Assembly: GCA_001662655.1 (NCBI GenBank)
Contig: KV460255.1
Direction: 5' to 3' (one strand)
DNA length: 54,780 bases
Source: Pseudogymnoascus verrucosus
Lineage: Eukaryota
Part shown: positions 1 through 13,429 of the stretch, piece after piece
How positions within the stretch are numbered: position 1 is the stretch's first letter
How the letters are laid out: every line of letters begins with the position of its first letter
Notes under the pieces: generated by a model
Told to the model about the DNA's origin: nothing
Database searches by the model: none
Seen by the model: only the letters and a program-made list of their open reading frames with translations
Position numbers and translations under genes: made by a program

Positions 1-3000
1 ATGACTAGGGGATGAAGAGGGGACTCACGCTTCTGATCTGCTCGCCTATTAATTTCGCCTTGGCAATTATCCGCTCACTATGCGTAGCTTCCCACAGCGC
101 GCGCGCAAAGACGCTCACATTGAGCTTCCGGAGGTAAATCCCAACACCAAGGTCCTCCACTCGCCCGCCATAGAAAAACTGGTCTCCAAAGAACGGCTTA
201 ATAATCGTAGGCTTGCCAGCTCTCAGACTCGCTCCAGTCGTTCCGGAACCGCCGTGGTGGGTTACGGCATCGACTTGCGTGAACAGCCAGTCGTGGGGTG
301 CGGACTTGATCTGCAAGATTTCCTCGGGGAGGACTTCAGGCTCGGTTGCGCCGATCTTGTCGAGTCTGTCGGACCATCCCTTTGATAGGATGCAACGGAC
401 ATCAGCTTTTAGTACTGAGTTCACAACCGTTTTTGTGAGAGCTGCTGAATCGGATACGACGATGGAGCCGAATCCAATGTAGACCAGCTTCTTCCCATCA
501 GCCCTAGCCTTAGCGATGAAATCAGAGAGCTCCTTAGGTGGCTTGTAGTCAGTGCCTTCGTCGAGGAACCAGTATCCCGTCACCCTAATCCAGTCACTGT
601 AATCGAGCGGTGGTACGACGACCGAGGGACTGAAGTTGTACAGGAATGGCACCTTATTCGGCTGCATCTTCTCCAGACTGGTGCGAGGCAGGCTAAGCTC
701 CTTCTTACGCCATCTGTTTATCTGGCCCGCGATGGCTTTCCAGAAGACGTTCTCGAACATGACGTAGGTGATGTAGTTGTAAGCTCCGCCCATCTTGTGC
801 TCTGGCACAGCAAAGGCATGGGGATAGGCGCGCGTTCTAGTCCATGGCATCGTAAAGGCGCGGAAGTAGGGGATCCCTAATGCTTCTGCGATATGTATCC
901 CGGCCATGGCGCTAGGGCTCTCGATGAGGACATCTGAGTTCTGGCAAGCTAACCAAGACGAAGAAAGTAGGTCATCGATCCACCCGCGGAAATTCGTGGA
1001 GGCTTCTTTCAAGAATGAGTATGTGAACATGCCGTTCTCAACGCAGATGCGCATAAGTTCGGCCGGATCACCTCCGACGGGGGCGAACTCGATGCCATGG
1101 CCCTCAATCCAATCCTTGAATTCAACATGCGTCGCGATCTTTGGTCTATGTCCTTCTGCTATAAATCCCTTGCAGAGCGCGATGTATGGTTGGACATCTC
1201 CGCGGGAGCCGATAGTTAAACAAGTAATGCGAAGTGACTCGGTCGGCTTGAAATTTAATATCGAAGCTCGGGGATCGTCGAACATAATAGGGGCCGTCTC
1301 AGTTGAGGCACCTTCCGCCGTAGTTGGCAATTCGAGGTCATGGCTATGCTGTCGCGACTCTTGGCGTGCTTCTTGCAAAGCCTTATGCTCAGCAACCGCC
1401 CATGCAGCGCTTTCCTCTTCCTCTTGCGTTAGTAAGCCCGATTCCTTAAGGTAGCGAATCGTTTCTAGGTTTTGAAGCAAAGTGACACAGCAATCATCTC
1501 TTGCATCCGGTTGCCTGAACTCAAAGAAGAGTTCCTCATGTCCCTTAACAACGACCACCAGTCCAGAATAGCCAAAGCGGAAGCCCTTTTCCTTGTCTAC
1601 ATTCTCAATGTCTTTGAGTGGCAGAATCAGCTTTGTGCGAGAGCCAGGTAAAAGGCTTCTAAAGCAAAACGAGCGATTGCTGATGTAAATCTTTCCATAA
1701 AGAGGCAATACTCGGTGGAAGTAACCGAAATATGCGGCTTGCAACTTCTCTCCAGCCGGAAGTGCAAAATGGGCTTGAAAGCGATGTTCAGCTCCATCAG
1801 ATTGGCCGCCTTCATCGTCTGTGTCATCTTCTAGCCCCTGGCCTAGTGGTTCATCGTAATGTTTCTTCCCCCCTTTCCACATCCCGGAGACCTTCTCAAC
1901 ATATCCCATAGACTCTGTTGCAAGAAGGGTGCTCATGCGTTTTGAGTGGCGGTTGAGGTAGTTAGCAAAGCCAGCAGCCCTCTGCAATGGGTATGCACCA
2001 GCTTTAGCTAAGGTTTGCAAAGAAGGTGAAGACGCATTATCGGCCTGGGTTAGCTTTGGCCGTTCATATGCGTCCATAGTTGCTGCGTGTGGCAGTGTCG
2101 TAGGTATCTCTGGTACCAGCGGACTCCCAGGCAATTGAGCATCATCTCGGCGTCTTGATGCAGATGCTGAGCGATGGATAGTAGGCTGGAAGAACCCTTC
2201 ACTACCCCTCAGTATCTGACTAGCAGACCCTGTGGCATCCTCACTAGCTGACTGGGCAGCAGCCGAGGACTCTTCCATCGAATGAACATAAGAGTCGGAC
2301 GAATCTTGCTTCTCAGAATTCTTCTTCTCGGACGCCCGATTCCTACTGAAGCTCCGTCTATCGTTGCTGGGGCTCCCGTTTCTACCTTGCCCGTCCAAGT
2401 TGAATCTGCTAACATCCATACTGCGTCTCGAGGCTCTGGTTTGGCTAGTACTTCTCTGGGTGATGTCAAAGCTTGCTCTAGAAAAATCACCGCTAGCTCT
2501 CGGGCTATGTACGTGAAGAGGGGACGAGATAAGAGGCGTTAGCGTTGCCTTAACGCTCTCTTCGAGCCCTGAAGAAGTCGCCTTCCCAAGGTTTGGATAC
2601 GGTTTGGTCTCTCTTGTCGAAATCGCAAGGCTAGGCCTAGATGAACCTGCCTTAGGGCTATTACTGCCGGAATTTCCTTGAGGCTGTACCAACAGGCCTT
2701 CTGGTATTTGCTTTGCTGCCGAATCCGACACGAGAGTGCGAAGAACACTTAATGCTTGCTTTCCAAAGCTGAAAAACGAGAAGAAGTACTAGTCTAAAGT
2801 CAGCATATGGTCTCATTATAGCCTAGGAGGCGTAAACATACCTCATCAATAGCGTATGTCTCATCGTTGTCGATTACTCGAATCTTGCAGGTCTCCGCGA
2901 ATTCAATCACCGGGCTGTCTTCCACGTCGATCACATTCTCAATCGGCAATGAGATTTTGACGCTATCCCCATCATTATGAGAACGGAAGATAATCTTCTG

Positions 3001-4192
3001 AAGTGCCTTCACCCATTCCTTGGCGCTCGGTATGCTGTCGGCGTGAAATTGATATCTCCGATGATTGGTTATAACTTCAAAGAACGTCTTCTCTTTGTCT
3101 ACAACGCTAGCAGATATACCATATCTGAGATCGATATTTCCCGATGGGAAGTACTTGTCAGAAGGATCAGTATAATACGACAGCACATCGCCTTGCAGGT
3201 TGAACCAGTAGCGGTTATACTTTGGGTTTTTGAGTCCACGTTTGCTTAAGTATCCCGACTTAACAATCTCGTTCTACCATGCTATTAGTGAATCATAATA
3301 AAGTACGAGTAGGGAGCCATTCATACCGATTTCTTAGGGAGGTATGCATAGAAGCAGATGTGCTTCTCGGTAAGATACATGTACCCTTGAAGCAGTACGC
3401 TCTTCATAAGCCAGCAAGGATATTCTGCTATGGATTAGCTACACGGGTCTAAGAAAGGAAGGCAATGTATTTACCATCAATAACCAACTCGGGGCTCTCG
3501 AATTCGAAAATCTCCATCAACCGTATCGCGAGGTCGCTCGGGGAGCCTTCAACGCCATCCGCGCCGCCATCCGATTGCCCTGATATGAACTCTGATCGCC
3601 TTGAATCAAAGCTTGCCCGCTGCACCGCGGCCGCCTTTGCTTCCAGCATCTGGCTCATTATAGGAGGGCCCTTAAAGGGCGACCGCGTTATATGATCTCT
3701 TTCAGTATCCTTGGCCTTTTCCGGCGTGACCGGATCGCTTGAAGCTGACGATAGCTGTGAATGCTTGCTTCTGTTCTTGATGCCGAGTTGCGATAAGGAT
3801 CGTAGCAGCTTATTATCAGAAAGTTTGCGTCTATGAAATCTATGTCGTGATATACGCTCATCTGTAGGAAGTTTGGTCGTGACAGTGTCGGAAGAAGCCT
3901 CAGACGGCCTGGAGGCGTCTTCCGGTTCCGTCGTCTCGTCCTCCTCATCATCGCTATCCTGGCCGTCGAATCTCGCATGGAAGTCGGCTTGCGAACCTGC
4001 AGCTGCAATCATCCCAAATACAGACTGGTTAATCAACCCATTCTGTCCCTTGGGAGCCGTGCAGTCCTCGTCTGCGTCATCGCCATCCTCAAAGCGCTGC
4101 GGGATCTCCATGGTGACCCTGCGGTCTTCCCTCCGCTTCTTGGTCAACTTCCGCCCTACCCGCTTCTTGATATCTTCGTGGGATCGTATCAT
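1..4192 (-). CDS. ATG26: Sterol 3-beta-glucosyltransferase (GRAM/PH/GRAM + GT1 domain); 3' end runs off the window
   Basis: Exons 4192-3475, 3424-3327, 3273-2842, 2788-29. Introns 3425-3474, 3274-3326, 2789-2841, plus a GTGAGT donor at 28 opening an intron that leaves the window. Motifs: PH 'KSGYLSKRG', GRAM '[10 protein letters not shown]', GT '[10 protein letters not shown]', '[15 protein letters not shown]', 'PFFGDQ'. Confidence 0.95.
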
Positions 4193-5024
4193 GATTCTTG
4201 CACGCTTATCTGGGGTTCCCAGACAAAGATGGCGTGGGTTTGATCAGTGGCAACGGGGCCGCACGGGTGGTTGTGATTATTTGAGTCGGGGCACTGGTAC
4301 CGATTGCGATAAGCCCCTCAGGTTGTCGTCTATCTAACGAAGGAAACGAGGATCACATGTGCTTGCCAAGTATGACTCTCTGAACAATGAGTTTCGACCA
4401 ACTGAAGCTCAAATCCAACGGCGATCGAGTCAAACAATGGTTCAAAGGCAGTTAAAGAGGTCTGAGGATCTCAAGGTGCAGTCATGGGGAGAAGGTAGCC
4501 TTGAGCACGCTAGAGATATGTAGAGTAAGGCACAGATAGGCACCGTATGTACATACATGAAAACGGGTTACTATATTGGACGGCCACTAACGGAGTTGCC
4601 CACGCCCCACGCCTAAGACGTCACTCAGTTTAGCGGTAGAACGGGCCAGGCACATCCATCCCACCTATCCCCAACGACAAACCCCGATTTGACGAAATCA
4701 AACAAGTTGAGCAGTGAATCATACCCGCGGTTTGTCTTGTCGGTTTGATACACAAAGCAGAATGATTCGGAGATTATTCTCAATGATTATCAGTGTTGTT
4801 TTATGTACAACAAGACCCTATTTATGCATCCTTTGAACAGAGACAAAATGGTCTCACCTGAGACCCCACAGTCCCGTTGTATAGTACTCTCTGCAAAAGC
4901 CAGACATAGTCCCAACAAAATGTTGCCACATTGTTAACACCCAGTGCCAAACTGGTGTCCTACACTGCCAAAGAAGCACGCGCCTGTCATAACGCCATCA
5001 TAACCCTAACCCAATGACGATGAT

Positions 5025-6655
5025 TCACATCCACAGGCACAGCTTACCACTGGCAGTTCCACCTGCGACCCAGTTCCTAGTCGGATGGAACTCAGCCGCC
5101 GCAGGGACGGCAGAAATCCCATCGCCACCAAGTTGCGCCAGCTGCTCTCCCTCACTCGTGTATATGTCGACAAACCGATTCATGTTGCCAATCACAAACT
5201 TTGCGATCCCATCATCCGGCCTTTGTTGCCACTGCGCTTTCAGGATCGTGACCCATCGCCCAGTCTGATTGTTGTGTCTAATCACAGCCGATGGCTCCAT
5301 ATCCTCTTCCGAGATTGTGTGTCCGATTCCCCAGGTCTTTGCTTTCGTACAGGAGTGGATTTTGATTGTGTCGTCGTATGAGCTGGTGGCCACATGGCCA
5401 GAGGACGACCATGCCGCATGAGACACCGATAGGCGTGAAGTATGTTCGCCTAGAAGCCCGGGTTGTCTGGTTTCCCCCTTTCCAGTAGATTTCCGCAGAT
5501 CCCAGATCTTCAGCGTCCTGTCCAGGGAGGCGGTAGCCACGAGATGGGGGTGAAGCGGATGCAATGAGAATCCGCCCACCTTCTTCTCAGATACGTACCA
5601 TATTTCGGTATCTTTCTGGGTTCTCATATCATGTCTACCAAACGCCCCGTCTAATCTCGAGAAGTAAATCAGGTTAGGGTCGTTAGAGTTCATGTCGATA
5701 GCAGAAATTGCTTCGTCATCGTCCATCGACAGTGGCGCATAGGCCTCGACAGCGACTTGCTTCTGAAGATCGAGTTTCCGAATAGAGGAGTCGTAGGAGC
5801 CGGAATACAGCTCTGTGTGATTCGGAGGGAATAGGAGAGATGTTATCGTCCGGGCATGAAGCTTGAATGCTGTTATCACTGGCCCTTCAACTTGATCGCC
5901 ATCATCATCCACCTCTCCCTTCTGAGATGCATCGAATAGACCAAGATTTCCAATCTTATCCCCCGCGAATATAAGCGGCTTGTCATGGGTGGGGTGAAAA
6001 CCCATAGAGTATATGCGCTCAGGTGTGATTTTAATATCTGAATTACTGTCAGTACTAAAGCAATATAAAGACACAATGGGCCGTTCTCACCATTTGGCTC
6101 CCAGGTTTTGTATAACTCAAGCCCACTCATTTTTTCTCTTAGAGATTTTAGCTCCTGATCCGTCGTAGTTTTGATATCACTATCGTCAAACGTCCTCTCA
6201 TATGGTTGTGCCCCTCTCATGATTGAAGACAGGAAATTGTCGTCATTGGTCCATTTCTTGCCCTCCACCGCAATATCACTTAAATTGAGGTCTCCCGCTA
6301 CTCTCATTTTCTTCGCCTTGGCGTCATCCTGTGCGAATTGGAATTCTTCCTCAAATTTCCTCTTGGCTCCCTCGCCGTCGGCTTCCAGTCCAGCAATCCG
6401 CGAACTGGTTCTCGTTGGCCTTGTAGCCTCTCTTTTTACAGGCGGTTCTCGTTTCCTTGGTGTTTTCGATCGAGGTGGCTTGGGAGCTGCTGTCTTCGGT
6501 ATGATTTTCTTTGCTGTTGTGCTCAAATCTTTCATTATAGCCTGGTTCGCCGCGATATTCTCGAGTCTCTTGCGCTCAAAGGCGCTCATTTTGGAATCTT
6601 TGGGTTCCATTTTGGCCTCGGTGGCAGTAGAATCTTCGGATTCCTTTTTAACCAT
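5025..6655 (-). CDS. CMR1: WD40 DNA damage-binding protein Cmr1/WDR76
   Basis: Exons 6655-6091 and 6037-5025 (intron 6038-6090). N-terminal '[14 protein letters not shown]', WD40 repeats ('[15 protein letters not shown]'), C-terminal '[13 protein letters not shown]...[11 protein letters not shown]'. Confidence 0.92.
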
Positions 6656-6983
6656 GATGGCGATAATGGTCTCTCAATTCGAATATCTGTACAAATTTAT
6701 GTCGTCTCACGAATGCGCGCGCATCGATGTATATGGCGCGAGTTCAGGCGCAATGGTGTAGATGACTTTGGCGCGCCGCCGCGCCGCGTCTTCGCGTAGG
6801 AACGTGACTGCGCTATTGGTAAATTAAGTGACGTCGGACCTCCGTACAAAGAGGCTCCAAAAAAGTTGTCCCAAATTCATCAGCCCAGACACGGCCACTC
6901 GAATTCTTGAAGTACAGCTCGGACGCTGATGAATTAACGCCGTATCCTTGAGCAGTATTCTACCTGCTAGGCCGACCAAAACC

Positions 6984-8525
6984 ATGGCCTCCAACATATC
7001 CTCCCAAGGCGCAAGGGCTATTCATTCAGCGGCGACTTCAATGCCATTCCTATACCAGACCAGGACGCTGTGCAGCAGCAGGAAGCCAATGCGACAACCG
7101 GCACTGAGACTCATACTTTCTCGTCCAAGTCGATCCCAGTTATTCCATAGCTCCGGTAGCTCTTGTATGAGGGTCAGCAGGACCCTTTGGAGTGACAAAG
7201 AGGACCCTGACGCCGCCACCCCTTCGAGTACCGAGACTCCTATATCACAAGACAGACCGTTGATTAGGAGATACATTGTAGACCGCAAGTCCAACAAAGT
7301 CGAGGAGGAGGAGGAGGATGTTCCATGGGACTCACCATCTTTTGGCCGACGAACAGATCAAGTAACAACCGATGCAGTGTCTGAGGCCGATGATATCCAA
7401 TTCGACATGGCCCAGTCCTACGACCCATTTGCAGAAGAAGAAGATATGTTCTCGGAATACGAGGGCGAACCCGACTTCACTATCCCATCGGCCAGGAAGC
7501 CGGGAGAGTCTACGATAACACTAGAAGAACGGGACACCTTCCAGCGCATCTTTTCCGATATCTACGCTCGTTCGCAGAGCACCAGACCTCAGGAACAATC
7601 GCTGGTCGACCTATCTGAGGTCAACAAGGAGAACGCAAGAGAGAAACTCCACTCAATCATGGAAGAGGCTGTGCGCCTTCCACAAAACACCCTCTTCACA
7701 AGCCAACCCCGCGAGAAAAACCTCGATACATTGAAACAGTACCCCATAGCCCTCCGAGCCGTTGCCGCACGAGCGCTTGGCCTGGAAGGAAAACCTTCTC
7801 GAACGAACCAACCCCCGCAAGAAAAACCGATTGACAAATACAAAGAGTTCAGACAACAGGAGCAAGAAAGAGTGGAAGCCGCAATGCGCGCTGCACCAAC
7901 AGATATAGCTCTTTGGGCAGTCATGGAGAAGGAAGTCTTCAGTCTCATCCCACGTCTCGGACTCGAGGAAAGAAAGGCCCCAGTTCCACCACCTCTTAAG
8001 AAGAAGGGTCGCAAATCTTCCAAGAAGGCGGTAGAGATGACGGCAGAGGAACCTACGGGAGTGACGCCAGCGCCCGAGCCTCTGGATATAAACCTCTATT
8101 TCCCGCTGTACGCCTCATACCTCCTCTACGGACTACGTCTCCTCCACCACTCATTCGCAAAACATTCGCCTCTAGCATGTAACGTGCTACCCCGAATCAA
8201 ATCTCTAGGTCTCGTGTCCCACGTTCTCGGTGGAACGACGGCATTATACAATGAGCTTCTGCGGATCTACTGGTTCCAGTACGACGATTTCAGCGGTGTC
8301 ATTAAACTGCTCGAAGAGATGGAGGAATCGGGATTAGAGCTTGATGAGGAGACATTGGATGTCGTCACTGATATCCAGCAGATGCAGGCTAGGTATTTGT
8401 TTTCAAGGGAGCAGAAGGCGCAGAGGACGCCGATTCATTTGTTGTGGACGATGAATGAGTTTGCGCCTGGGAGGTTCAGGTCGTGGCAGACGAGGATTAG
8501 GGATACGCTTGACAGAGAGGAATAG
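6984..8525 (+). CDS. Mtf2-like mitochondrial protein (putative RNA processing/translation factor)
   Basis: Single ORF, first ATG 6984. Arg/Ser-rich presequence-like N-terminus. C-terminal 'LPRIKSLGLVSHVLGGTTALYNELL...W...D...LLEEME..GL' resembles the Mtf2-like C-terminal domain. Confidence 0.65.
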   Translation: MASNISSQGARAIHSAATSMPFLYQTRTLCSSRKPMRQPALRLILSRPSRSQLFHSSGSSCMRVSRTLWSDKEDPDAATPSSTETPISQDRPLIRRYIVDRKSNKVEEEEEDVPWDSPSFGRRTDQVTTDAVSEADDIQFDMAQSYDPFAEEEDMFSEYEGEPDFTIPSARKPGESTITLEERDTFQRIFSDIYARSQSTRPQEQSLVDLSEVNKENAREKLHSIMEEAVRLPQNTLFTSQPREKNLDTLKQYPIALRAVAARALGLEGKPSRTNQPPQEKPIDKYKEFRQQEQERVEAAMRAAPTDIALWAVMEKEVFSLIPRLGLEERKAPVPPPLKKKGRKSSKKAVEMTAEEPTGVTPAPEPLDINLYFPLYASYLLYGLRLLHHSFAKHSPLACNVLPRIKSLGLVSHVLGGTTALYNELLRIYWFQYDDFSGVIKLLEEMEESGLELDEETLDVVTDIQQMQARYLFSREQKAQRTPIHLLWTMNEFAPGRFRSWQTRIRDTLDREE

Positions 8526-8880
8526 ATGTCTGGTCATTTTAATTGCTGCGGTAGCAATGATGCCTAGTTGGGCCTTGTAAGAACATATAATTGTAACATA
8601 CTGTAACACCATCTGTAGAGACTTTAGGATACCCTATATAATTGATAGCACTGTCTACACGGAAGTCATAACGAAGACACATTTTACTCTACAGCTTATT
8701 GCATCGTGTGCTTGATATGTCCATATTCTCTTATATTTCATCATTCTCATTTGCATTAAGTCAATCAGACACCCCTCTATCTAAAATATACGCTTCCCCC
8801 TTTCAACCGCCCCTCAAACGCCCCGCTGATAACAAATTCCGGCTCTTCCAACAACATCCCAAAAAACCAAGCTGCACATT

Positions 8881-11362
8881 CTAATGCGAAATATACTGAA
8901 ACACCGCACTAACATCCTTCTCCCCAAACTCCTGCCTCAGCAGCAAATCCTGAATCTTCTCAATCCCCGCATTCACAAAATGATTCCACGTACTGGTATC
9001 ACCATACAGCATCGCCGGCGCCTTCAAAAACTGCTTCCCATCCGGCTTACACCGCTTACACTTAAACGTGTCATGCGTATCACTCGTCGTCTTGCCATGG
9101 TACTGGAACAGCTCCCTCAAACTATCAAGCGTGAAATGCCTCTCCACATCCTCCGCCGAGTCAACGACACATGACGATAAGGACTGCTTGTGACTCTGGC
9201 GCTGGAAGATCTTCTCCTCGATAGTGCCGGTGGCGATGAAGCGGTACACGAAACAGTCTTTCTTCTGCCCGTCACGCCAGACTCTTGCCAGCGCCTGTTG
9301 GTCGGCTGCGGGGTTCCAGTCGGGGTCGAAGAGGACGAGACGGTTGGCGCCGATGAGGTTGAGACCGCACCCACCGGCTTTGGAGCTGAGGAGGAAGACG
9401 AACTCGGGGCCGTCCGGGTCGTTGAATTTGTCGACTAGTTTTTGGCGCTTGGATACGTTCATGGTGCCATCGAGACGGAGGGAGCCGTAGCCGCGGGAAC
9501 GACATAGCTTGTCGAATATGTCGAGGGTTTGGGTGTAGTTACTGATGAGGACAATCTTGTCATTCGTGTCTTGTCGGATGCGTGCTAGCATACGGTCGAG
9601 GACTTGCATTTTCCCTGAGTACCAGGGCTTAACGTCTCGGTCACGGCCCCTGGCGTCTTTTGGAACATAGTCCTCTGGGAAGTATTGTTCACATCCTGGA
9701 AGGTCATCAGAGAGGTTGAGAAGGTCAGGGTGGTTGCAGAGCTTTTTGAGCATGCCAATAGCCTTGAGGGGCTGGCTTCCTTTGCCTCTGAGAAGAGCCT
9801 TGATTTCAGGGCTTGTGATGAAATAGTTGTAGAGGTCCAGTTGGAATGGCGCGAGGCCACAGAAGACAACATGCTCGTACTTAACTGGCAGGTATTTTGA
9901 CAGAATATCGTTCGTCCGGCGAATGATGAATTTGTTGACAACACCCAGCAGTTCGCGAAGACAATCGTCGCCCCTCTCGCGGTCTTTGTCAGTACCCGCG
10001 GCATCTCGTCCCTTAAGGATAGGAAGCTCGTATTTCTTCCTAAACTCGAGCCGTGTGCCGAGCAAGTCTGGGTTCGCGAAGCTGACCAGCGAAAAGTATT
10101 CTGATAAGTCGTTTTGTATAGGTGTCCCTGACAGAATGACTCGCCTAGAAACGTTCAGGTTGTTGAGCGCAGTAAATGTCTGGCTGTCACCGTTCTTCAG
10201 TCGGTGACCTTCGTCGCACAGCATAAGCCCAATCTGGGTATTTTTGAGCTCATCGACATTAAGACGGAGTGTCTCGTAGGACACAATAATGACAGGCCTT
10301 GTCACAGCCCGGCCGCTGGCAATAGCCCACTGCCTTAACTGCTGCGTAAGCTCTTCTTTGCTGGCTTTGCCATCAATAGCGAATGGCACAATGGCGTCTT
10401 TTCCAAGCCATTTCACCAATTCGTTAGCCCAATTCTGGACCAAACTCGAAGGGCAAGCAATAATGGCCTTTTGTATCGTCGGCTTTCCAGCATTCGTTGA
10501 CTGTTTCAGTAGCGTCCACATCAACGTGATACACTGCAGTGTTTTCCCAAGTCCCATTTCGTCGGCCATAATACAACCATTTGCCCTGTCGTCGATCATG
10601 CCTGTCACACACTTGTACATAAACTTAACACCCTCGATTTGATGCGGTCGAAGAACTTTGGCAAGCCTTGGATCTATGACTACCGGTACTTTCGGCCTTT
10701 CTCCCTCGACTTTCTTCTTGATACCAAGAATATCTGCCAGACTCTTGTGGATGATGGGCTCGTCCACTTTTACCACTTCTTGGCTGCTCTCGATTTTCTT
10801 GGCTTCTTCAATCGTTTTTGGTACACCGTCGATTGTAGGATCGTATAGCACAATCGCAAACTCTCCCGCTGGATCATGTAGTGGCTTTGCAATGAAAACT
10901 GCTCCTTGCCTCAGGCCTAGCGTCGGTGGCGGGCGATTAGGATTATAACCACCAACATCTTTATTGATCAATGGAACCGCGAAACGCTGTCGAAACATTG
11001 TATCCTTATCTTTAACTTGAAAGACTGGGAATTTGTTGACGTCCCGGTTTGCTAGCGCAAGGCGGTCTTCGTTTGTCCACGGCTTCTCTCCGTCCTCCTT
11101 CTCGCCATCTGCTCCTCCATAGTCAACCTTTCGTCGTTTCCGCGTTGGTTTCTCCGAAACTCGAGTTGCAACAGCCGAGCCGGGGCATTTAAATGGTCGA
11201 ATTAGCCTATCTACAGACTGTGGTGTTCCGCCATACAGACGTTTAGGAGCTGCACTTTTTGGTGTCGACGCGTTTTCCTTGTCATCGCTCGCGGTTGTAG
11301 ACTTAATCGTCCTTTGACTTATTAGATGACGTGGGGAGCCGACCGAATAATGGCACTTACAT
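8881..11362 (-). CDS. RAD54: SNF2-family DNA translocase Rad54
   Basis: Rad54_N region plus motifs 'IMADEMGLGKT', 'DEGHRLKN', 'SGTPIQN', 'LSSKAGGCGLNL', 'WNPAADQQALARVWRDGQKK'. Start codon apparently split by intron 11312-11360 (AT at 11362-11361, G at 11311). Confidence 0.95.
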
Positions 11363-12107
11363 TGCTCTTCAGAACGCTTCAAAGCTGTACGTGCCTTGAA
11401 GATGGTTGTCGAGTTCAATCGTAGTTGTGGTACTCGACGCGTCGTTGATTGGTGTTATTACATATCAGACTGACCATACCGCGACTTGGTCATCACGGTC
11501 TCATCGCGATGTCACGTGGATCGCTGGTTCCTGGCTACATCTGAGTCTGTGCCTATGCAACATCACACTACAGAAAATGCAGCTTGACAACAAACATATG
11601 CAGGGTAACGCACTGTCTTTCGAACAATCTCTAAACTTCAAATCTATTTCGATTCTTATAATTTGTCTTTCAGCTCCAAAATCTGATTTTCTACGGATAT
11701 TTCACGTATACTTGCACCTCTTTATCAGAACCCCCAGGCCTGCCCCACTAACATGTCTATCCCATCCAATCACGGCAGTCCTCTGCTCATGAGGGGCGGC
11801 GGATATGCCGAGAGAAATACCCCGCCACATCATGACGATGGCACGGTGAGCGCAATAACAAGCTAAGATAGAGGCGACAAAGGCGTTGGTTTTTGGGTTC
11901 GAATATTGCTAATTCAGAGGCACCTGGCAGGCCTGTGTGCCCACTACGAAGCAATAAAACCGAGTCCACCGACAAGCCCGTTCCACGCCTAACTTGGTCG
12001 CCAGGAACCACACATGGAGACCAAAGGATCGTAGGAGGGCCAAGCATAAACGGAGTTCCGTCGGCCATTAGTTCGATCAATCTAGAGAGCTTTAAATAAA
12101 GCACGCG

Positions 12108-13049
12108 ATGTCCGCTGACTTCTGGGCCGGGTACATCTCCGGCGCCGTTGGGATCCTCATTGGCAACCCGCTGGACCTCATCAAAGTCCGCCTCCAATCC
12201 TCCCCTCAAACCGCTATCACTGCCACACACCCCTCAACATACGCGTCACAATTCAACAGCACCTCCTCCTTAATCCGGGGCGCCACCGCTCCAATTCTCG
12301 GATATGGCGCTCTCAATGCGCTGCTGTTCATGACATACAACCGCACCACCGCCTTTCTAAACCCCGGCTACAACCCCGAATCTCCGGGACCAGCCACAAA
12401 TCTATACACCACATTTATTGCCGGTGCAGTAGGAGGATTGGCATCTTGGGTGGTTAGCTCGCCCACGGAGCTGATCAAGTGCCGCGCACAGGTATCGAAT
12501 ACTCCCATCTCCTCTTTCGCGCTGGCACGCTCGGTCATCAGGTCCGAAGGCATCAAGGGTTTGTATTATGGCGGGACAGTGACGGCGCTACGAGACAGCA
12601 TTGGATACGGGTTCTATTTTTGGTCATATGAGCTTGGTAAGAGGATATTAGCAGCACAAATGGGAGAAGATAGCTCGCAACAAGCTGAGGCGGCAAAATC
12701 ACTCCTGTGCGGAGGTATTGCGGGCGTCGTGACATGGGCTAGTGTTTTTCCTCTTGATGTTATCAAGACGAGGGTGCAGACACAGACGCTTTCTGCCACT
12801 GAGAGGTCGCCGCTGCTTGGTGCAGCGAGAGTGGCCGTGGTGAAGCAAGGTCGAATAGGTGCTATAGAGATGGCTAGACGGATTTATAGAGAGGAAGGCG
12901 CAGCTGTGTTCTTCCGTGGGTTGGGAGTTTGCAGTGTGCGAGCTTTTGTCGTTAATGCCGCACAATGGGCGGTTTATGAGCAGATCATGAAGGAGCTGTC
13001 ACCTACTCAAACATTTAAGGGCTCGCAGGAAGATGTATATACCATATAG
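12108..13049 (+). CDS. Mitochondrial carrier (SLC25), carnitine/basic amino-acid carrier-like subgroup
   Basis: Three carrier signature repeats: PLDLIKVRLQ, PTELIKCRAQ, PLDVIKTRVQ. 313 aa, intronless. Confidence 0.92.
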   Translation: MSADFWAGYISGAVGILIGNPLDLIKVRLQSSPQTAITATHPSTYASQFNSTSSLIRGATAPILGYGALNALLFMTYNRTTAFLNPGYNPESPGPATNLYTTFIAGAVGGLASWVVSSPTELIKCRAQVSNTPISSFALARSVIRSEGIKGLYYGGTVTALRDSIGYGFYFWSYELGKRILAAQMGEDSSQQAEAAKSLLCGGIAGVVTWASVFPLDVIKTRVQTQTLSATERSPLLGAARVAVVKQGRIGAIEMARRIYREEGAAVFFRGLGVCSVRAFVVNAAQWAVYEQIMKELSPTQTFKGSQEDVYTI

Positions 13050-13429
13050 AATATATAAATGAGATATGAAACATGTTCAATTCTAAGTCCAGAACACGGG
13101 CGTGAATGTTGATGTCTTCATCTGCTGTTTGTGCCTCCTCAACTTTTACACAGTGAAGAGATCTAACCCTAGTTTCCGTTTCTAGCCACCTTCGCTGTTC
13201 CCAAGGTTCATCGTTGACCAAAATAACTAAACAAATTGCTCTCCTAATATTTCTTCCGCACTTAACATAAAAGTTAAAATAATAGCGCTTCTTGGAAGAC
13301 TCAGCAGTTTCCAAATTTGCAGTTGCTTCGATTACTATAAATTATTAGTATTCATGTGAATATATATTATTTTTAAAAATAGTTGAGTACTTGCATTAAT
13401 TATCGTATGACACCCATGGTACCCACAAC

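Noticed and set aside
11363..11418. TTG-initiated N-terminus of Rad54 from the ORF track
   Set aside because: Reads through a canonical intron; the spliced ATG model fits better.
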